Below are positions 60,601 to 62,436 of a stretch of 62,436 nt of DNA, piece after piece. Source of the stretch: a virus (lineage: Duplodnaviria > Caudoviricetes). Made by a program: the position numbers and the translations under genes. The stretch is from IMG/VR virus record IMGVR_UViG_3300023440_000005, positions 1 to 62,436 of that record; one strand, given 5' to 3'. Position 1 is the first letter of the stretch; each line of letters begins with the position of its first letter. Below the pieces are notes generated by a model. It was not told where the DNA came from. It was given only the letters and a program-made list of their open reading frames with translations, and searched no databases.

Positions 60601-62436
60601 GCTATCAGAATTTAAGGGCAAAGGTACATCTAGCACATCTGGTTTACTTAATAAGTTTATCAATATGGGTAAACGTAAATTTAATGATAGTGACGGAGAT
60701 GGCATACGTGATAATTCTGCTAGTTCTAGGTTTAAAACTGAGAGTCTTAGAGAACTAGCTAATAAAGGTAAGGATAAGGCTGCCGATCTAACTGAAAAAT
60801 ATCGTAACGCAAACGTCATTGATACAATGATGGAAAAGTTAGGAGGGTTATTTGGTAGCGATGGTTCAGATATAGATCTATCAGGCGGTAATCGAAGTAG
60901 AAGTCGTAGAAGAGGTCGTAGTCGGTTTAATTTACGGAATCTCGGTAGAAATATAAGGAATGTTCCAGGTAATATATTAAGAAGTGGGAGCTCTCTTTTA
61001 AGTGGTACTGCCACTATAGGTAGGACCGCAATGATGCTAGGGGGGTCTATTTTAGGAGGTGCTAGCACGTTCCTTTCAGGTATTGCTACTGCAGCAGGTA
61101 CTGTTTTTTCTGCACCAGTTTTATTAGGGGCTGCAGTTACAGCGGGTTTAGCCTATGGTGGTTATAAACTATATCAATATTACAGTAAGCGGGCTTTAGA
61201 TGATTATAGAAAGATTAGATTATACCAATATGGTATTATAGAGAAGGGGGATAATTCTACTAAACTACTTTTATTAGAAGATTATTTAAAAGATAAGGTT
61301 GGTTATGATAGAGGTAAAGCCTATTTACTTACTCGTAAGTTAGATATTAAAGAAATAATGAAGATATTCGGTATAGAAGATAATGATACCGAACATGCTG
61401 AGGGGTTAATAGAGTGGTTTGGCCAGAGATTTAAGCCTTTCTACTTGACTCATATGACAGCATTATTTAAAATCAATAATAAGGTCAAACTTGCGGATGT
61501 AGATAAGCTACCAGACGATCAGCGACTAAATTATCTAAGTGATATTTCATTTGATAATGGACCATATGGTATTTCTATATCGCCTTTCAAATCAATAACT
61601 AGTTTACCAAATACTAAAGATCTAACTATCTCACTCATACAGAAATTAATAACTGGCAAAAGTGTAGTTGTAGAGGCTAAAAAGGCTGGTGTTGTACATA
61701 ATGACTTAAAGAAAGATATAGCTAAACTAAAATCTGGGAATACTAAGATTAAAGATGTTACTGGGGATGTTACTATTAAAAATAAGGATGGTAAATCTCT
61801 AGTAAAAGTAAAGGTCTATAAACCCACTAAAGTTAATATCTCTAGAGGTAATCTTAATGATTTAAAATCGGGAGTTACTTCTACTATGGGGTTACCTCCT
61901 AATGTAGATGCAGCTGGTTATATATTACCTATTGATGACGAGTATGGTTATAGCATAACCCCAGATGGTAAACCTAAAAAGGTTACCACTTTTATAGCCC
62001 AGAATATAAATAAACTAAACCATTCTGCAATCAATCATTTACGTGATAAACGATATATGCGTAAGTATGCATTCGTTGAAGGTAAGTTTATTAAGCGTAA
62101 CGAGTTAACTTCTGAACAACTTAATGGTCATGTTGATAGCAAGTCTACTACCAGTGGTGATAGACTAGTTAAAGATAAAGACGGTAACCCACTGTATACT
62201 GTTAAGGGTCTTGGTAAACCTAAACCGGCTATAAATAGTAAGTCTACTACCAGTGGTGATAGACTAGTTAAAGATAAAGACGGTAACCCACTGTATACTG
62301 TTAAGGGTCTTGGTAAACCCAAACCTAAACCTAAACCGGCTATAAATAGTAAGTCTACTACCAGTGGTGATAGACTAGTTAAAGATAAAGACGGTAACCC
62401 ACTGTATACTGTTAAGGGTCTTGGTAAACCCAAACC
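57653..62436 (+). CDS. Giant tail protein, phiKZ gp181-like (tape-measure/lysin type); partial, runs off the window
   Basis: Not in the ORF track; AGGAG RBS then MASEFDLDDF; frame spot-checked open at 58.0, 61.0 and 62.1 kb; YQKKSLELQYR, TALPEYVKI, EVIPGYLSRILRE, Gly/Ala-rich hydrophobic stretch near 61.0-61.2 kb; divergent from gp180-like gene. Confidence 0.8.
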   Translation, partial: MASEFDLDDFSMDDMDSSFGGESLDINPEIGTNDRRPISQAVKGSISSAKSILTDSNTIKNFILKALPKEYGEVHSDLDSGVSDLAELYDESIKSIRPKIKGISTKINRLIPERHKKLKGMLKEVEEATSEYQGRNTTSERDIQERSIKTATENIFNTQKVADKEKLLDQEVESKKFKATTDISTSIRDGILKLSTYTTTVTQAYQKKSLELQYRSYFVQNKLLEISNKYFEVFNVQNKAIVGNTALPEYVKITNSEKFKEASKNRVIGSIQDKLFSDKGLISTVTSNIKTQLKSVMDGVGAALDGVDMGADMADTIGSMEDPDEMMGGSSKSGAYKLGRMATAHGVGYFNNKLSSRLRSRGNRNNKLVSTGRNLKDIIADPTLLREYIKDTGDSDNELVNNAKSMLSDILNPKGGNFSGSITSVSDKLFEPGIYTNRTNKAIVEVIPGYLSRILREVTILRTGDTSTELTTFDYKGSNFLSRSKFTKVLQNRLVGDLSGDNVAEKTDKILSGILGDVTLSSSDNVDASKLLQNSILQGNVTNTKSLARVLKSDKSDMGKLLYKRLITNVNSDTSGKKISKFNSEALNLRTSMSGLTPTISEIMDNGQGDILREMGVVTENDQGKYSLNKDKYLELANGKTTPTTHTSGTSRFNPLRRSTIPDVSNPNNIDSQTTHSPSSSSNGIGLEPAFLDPIVSNTRGIPVIESNTTDILKLLKEGIRFNATDGDTGTSQNTEGRSSFFSSVLGAGGSLLSKLSSGLNSAKDNVVKPLAGGLGSLLTSDTTKEALKSLFSKSINLSSKMLDTTLGYMDTVMSKGKGLSQYLYKQVKAGVNKLLEYTGDIYVKGKNSPVINARLLKAGLYLDEKSGEVIKSFKDIKGPIVDSAGRVILTLEDIASGLLDYKGKEIKVPLEKIVAYTKGKIKAGFNRLSNTANVIKGIGGSLFKKGDTAEISGGKSYNVLVEIRNLIQQYMGISSTSGLTNKLSEFKGKGTSSTSGLLNKFINMGKRKFNDSDGDGIRDNSASSRFKTESLRELANKGKDKAADLTEKYRNANVIDTMMEKLGGLFGSDGSDIDLSGGNRSRSRRRGRSRFNLRNLGRNIRNVPGNILRSGSSLLSGTATIGRTAMMLGGSILGGASTFLSGIATAAGTVFSAPVLLGAAVTAGLAYGGYKLYQYYSKRALDDYRKIRLYQYGIIEKGDNSTKLLLLEDYLKDKVGYDRGKAYLLTRKLDIKEIMKIFGIEDNDTEHAEGLIEWFGQRFKPFYLTHMTALFKINNKVKLADVDKLPDDQRLNYLSDISFDNGPYGISISPFKSITSLPNTKDLTISLIQKLITGKSVVVEAKKAGVVHNDLKKDIAKLKSGNTKIKDVTGDVTIKNKDGKSLVKVKVYKPTKVNISRGNLNDLKSGVTSTMGLPPNVDAAGYILPIDDEYGYSITPDGKPKKVTTFIAQNINKLNHSAINHLRDKRYMRKYAFVEGKFIKRNELTSEQLNGHVDSKSTTSGDRLVKDKDGNPLYTVKGLGKPKPAINSKSTTSGDRLVKDKDGNPLYTVKGLGKPKPKPKPAINSKSTTSGDRLVKDKDGNPLYTVKGLGKPK
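62141..62436 (+). repeat. Near-identical coding tandem repeat, at least 3 copies, periods 99 and 111 nt (KSTTSGDRLVKDKDGNPLYTVKGLGKPKP..)
   Basis: Copies start at 62141, 62240 and 62351; truncated by the window end. Confidence 0.95.

Noticed and set aside
57640-62433. Minus-strand ORFs of 60-181 aa in the right arm
   Set aside because: Antisense shadows of the long + strand gp181-like frame; Ser/Leu-rich with no motifs
62141-62436. Repeats as a CRISPR array (also considered for 6570-6790 and 18861-18956)
   Set aside because: In-frame coding repeats without unique spacers; no cas genes in the window
1-62436. Alternative genetic code (stop reassignment)
   Set aside because: Core genes are full-length under the standard code and end in TAA, TAG or TGA

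Overview
This AT-rich 62 kb window comes from a nucleus-forming, phiKZ-related jumbo phage (Chimalliviridae-like). From 66 to 32875, mostly on the - strand, it carries the nucleus/transcription/replication core: an SF2 helicase, three non-virion RNAP beta/beta' pieces, a gp68-like specificity subunit, PicA/Imp1- and ChmC-like proteins, an SbcD nuclease, chimallin, a family B DNA polymerase, a tRNA(CAU) and PhuZ. A divergent non-coding gap follows, then terminase, tail sheath and tube, a SNF2 helicase, the prohead protease, thymidylate kinase, virion RNAP beta and beta', and a gp181-like giant tail protein that runs off the right edge. The main finding is in the virion RNAP beta' gene, whose catalytic DFDGD motif is split into three pieces. 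The order is exon 1 (...DFD), a 46-nt stop-containing mini-insert, a 6-nt GGTGAT (GD) micro-exon, an ORF-less 428-nt group I intron, and exon 3. One internal guide sequence fits both 5' splice sites, which suggests one ribozyme performs two excisions. Other signals include a repeated early-promoter plus 5'-hairpin module, a structured RNA behind the tRNA, many perfect intergenic palindromes, a shared C-terminal xxE...W tag on head-associated proteins and a PEP-CTERM-like surface protein. phiKZ gp-number assignments come from recalled motifs and gene order, not from database searches.
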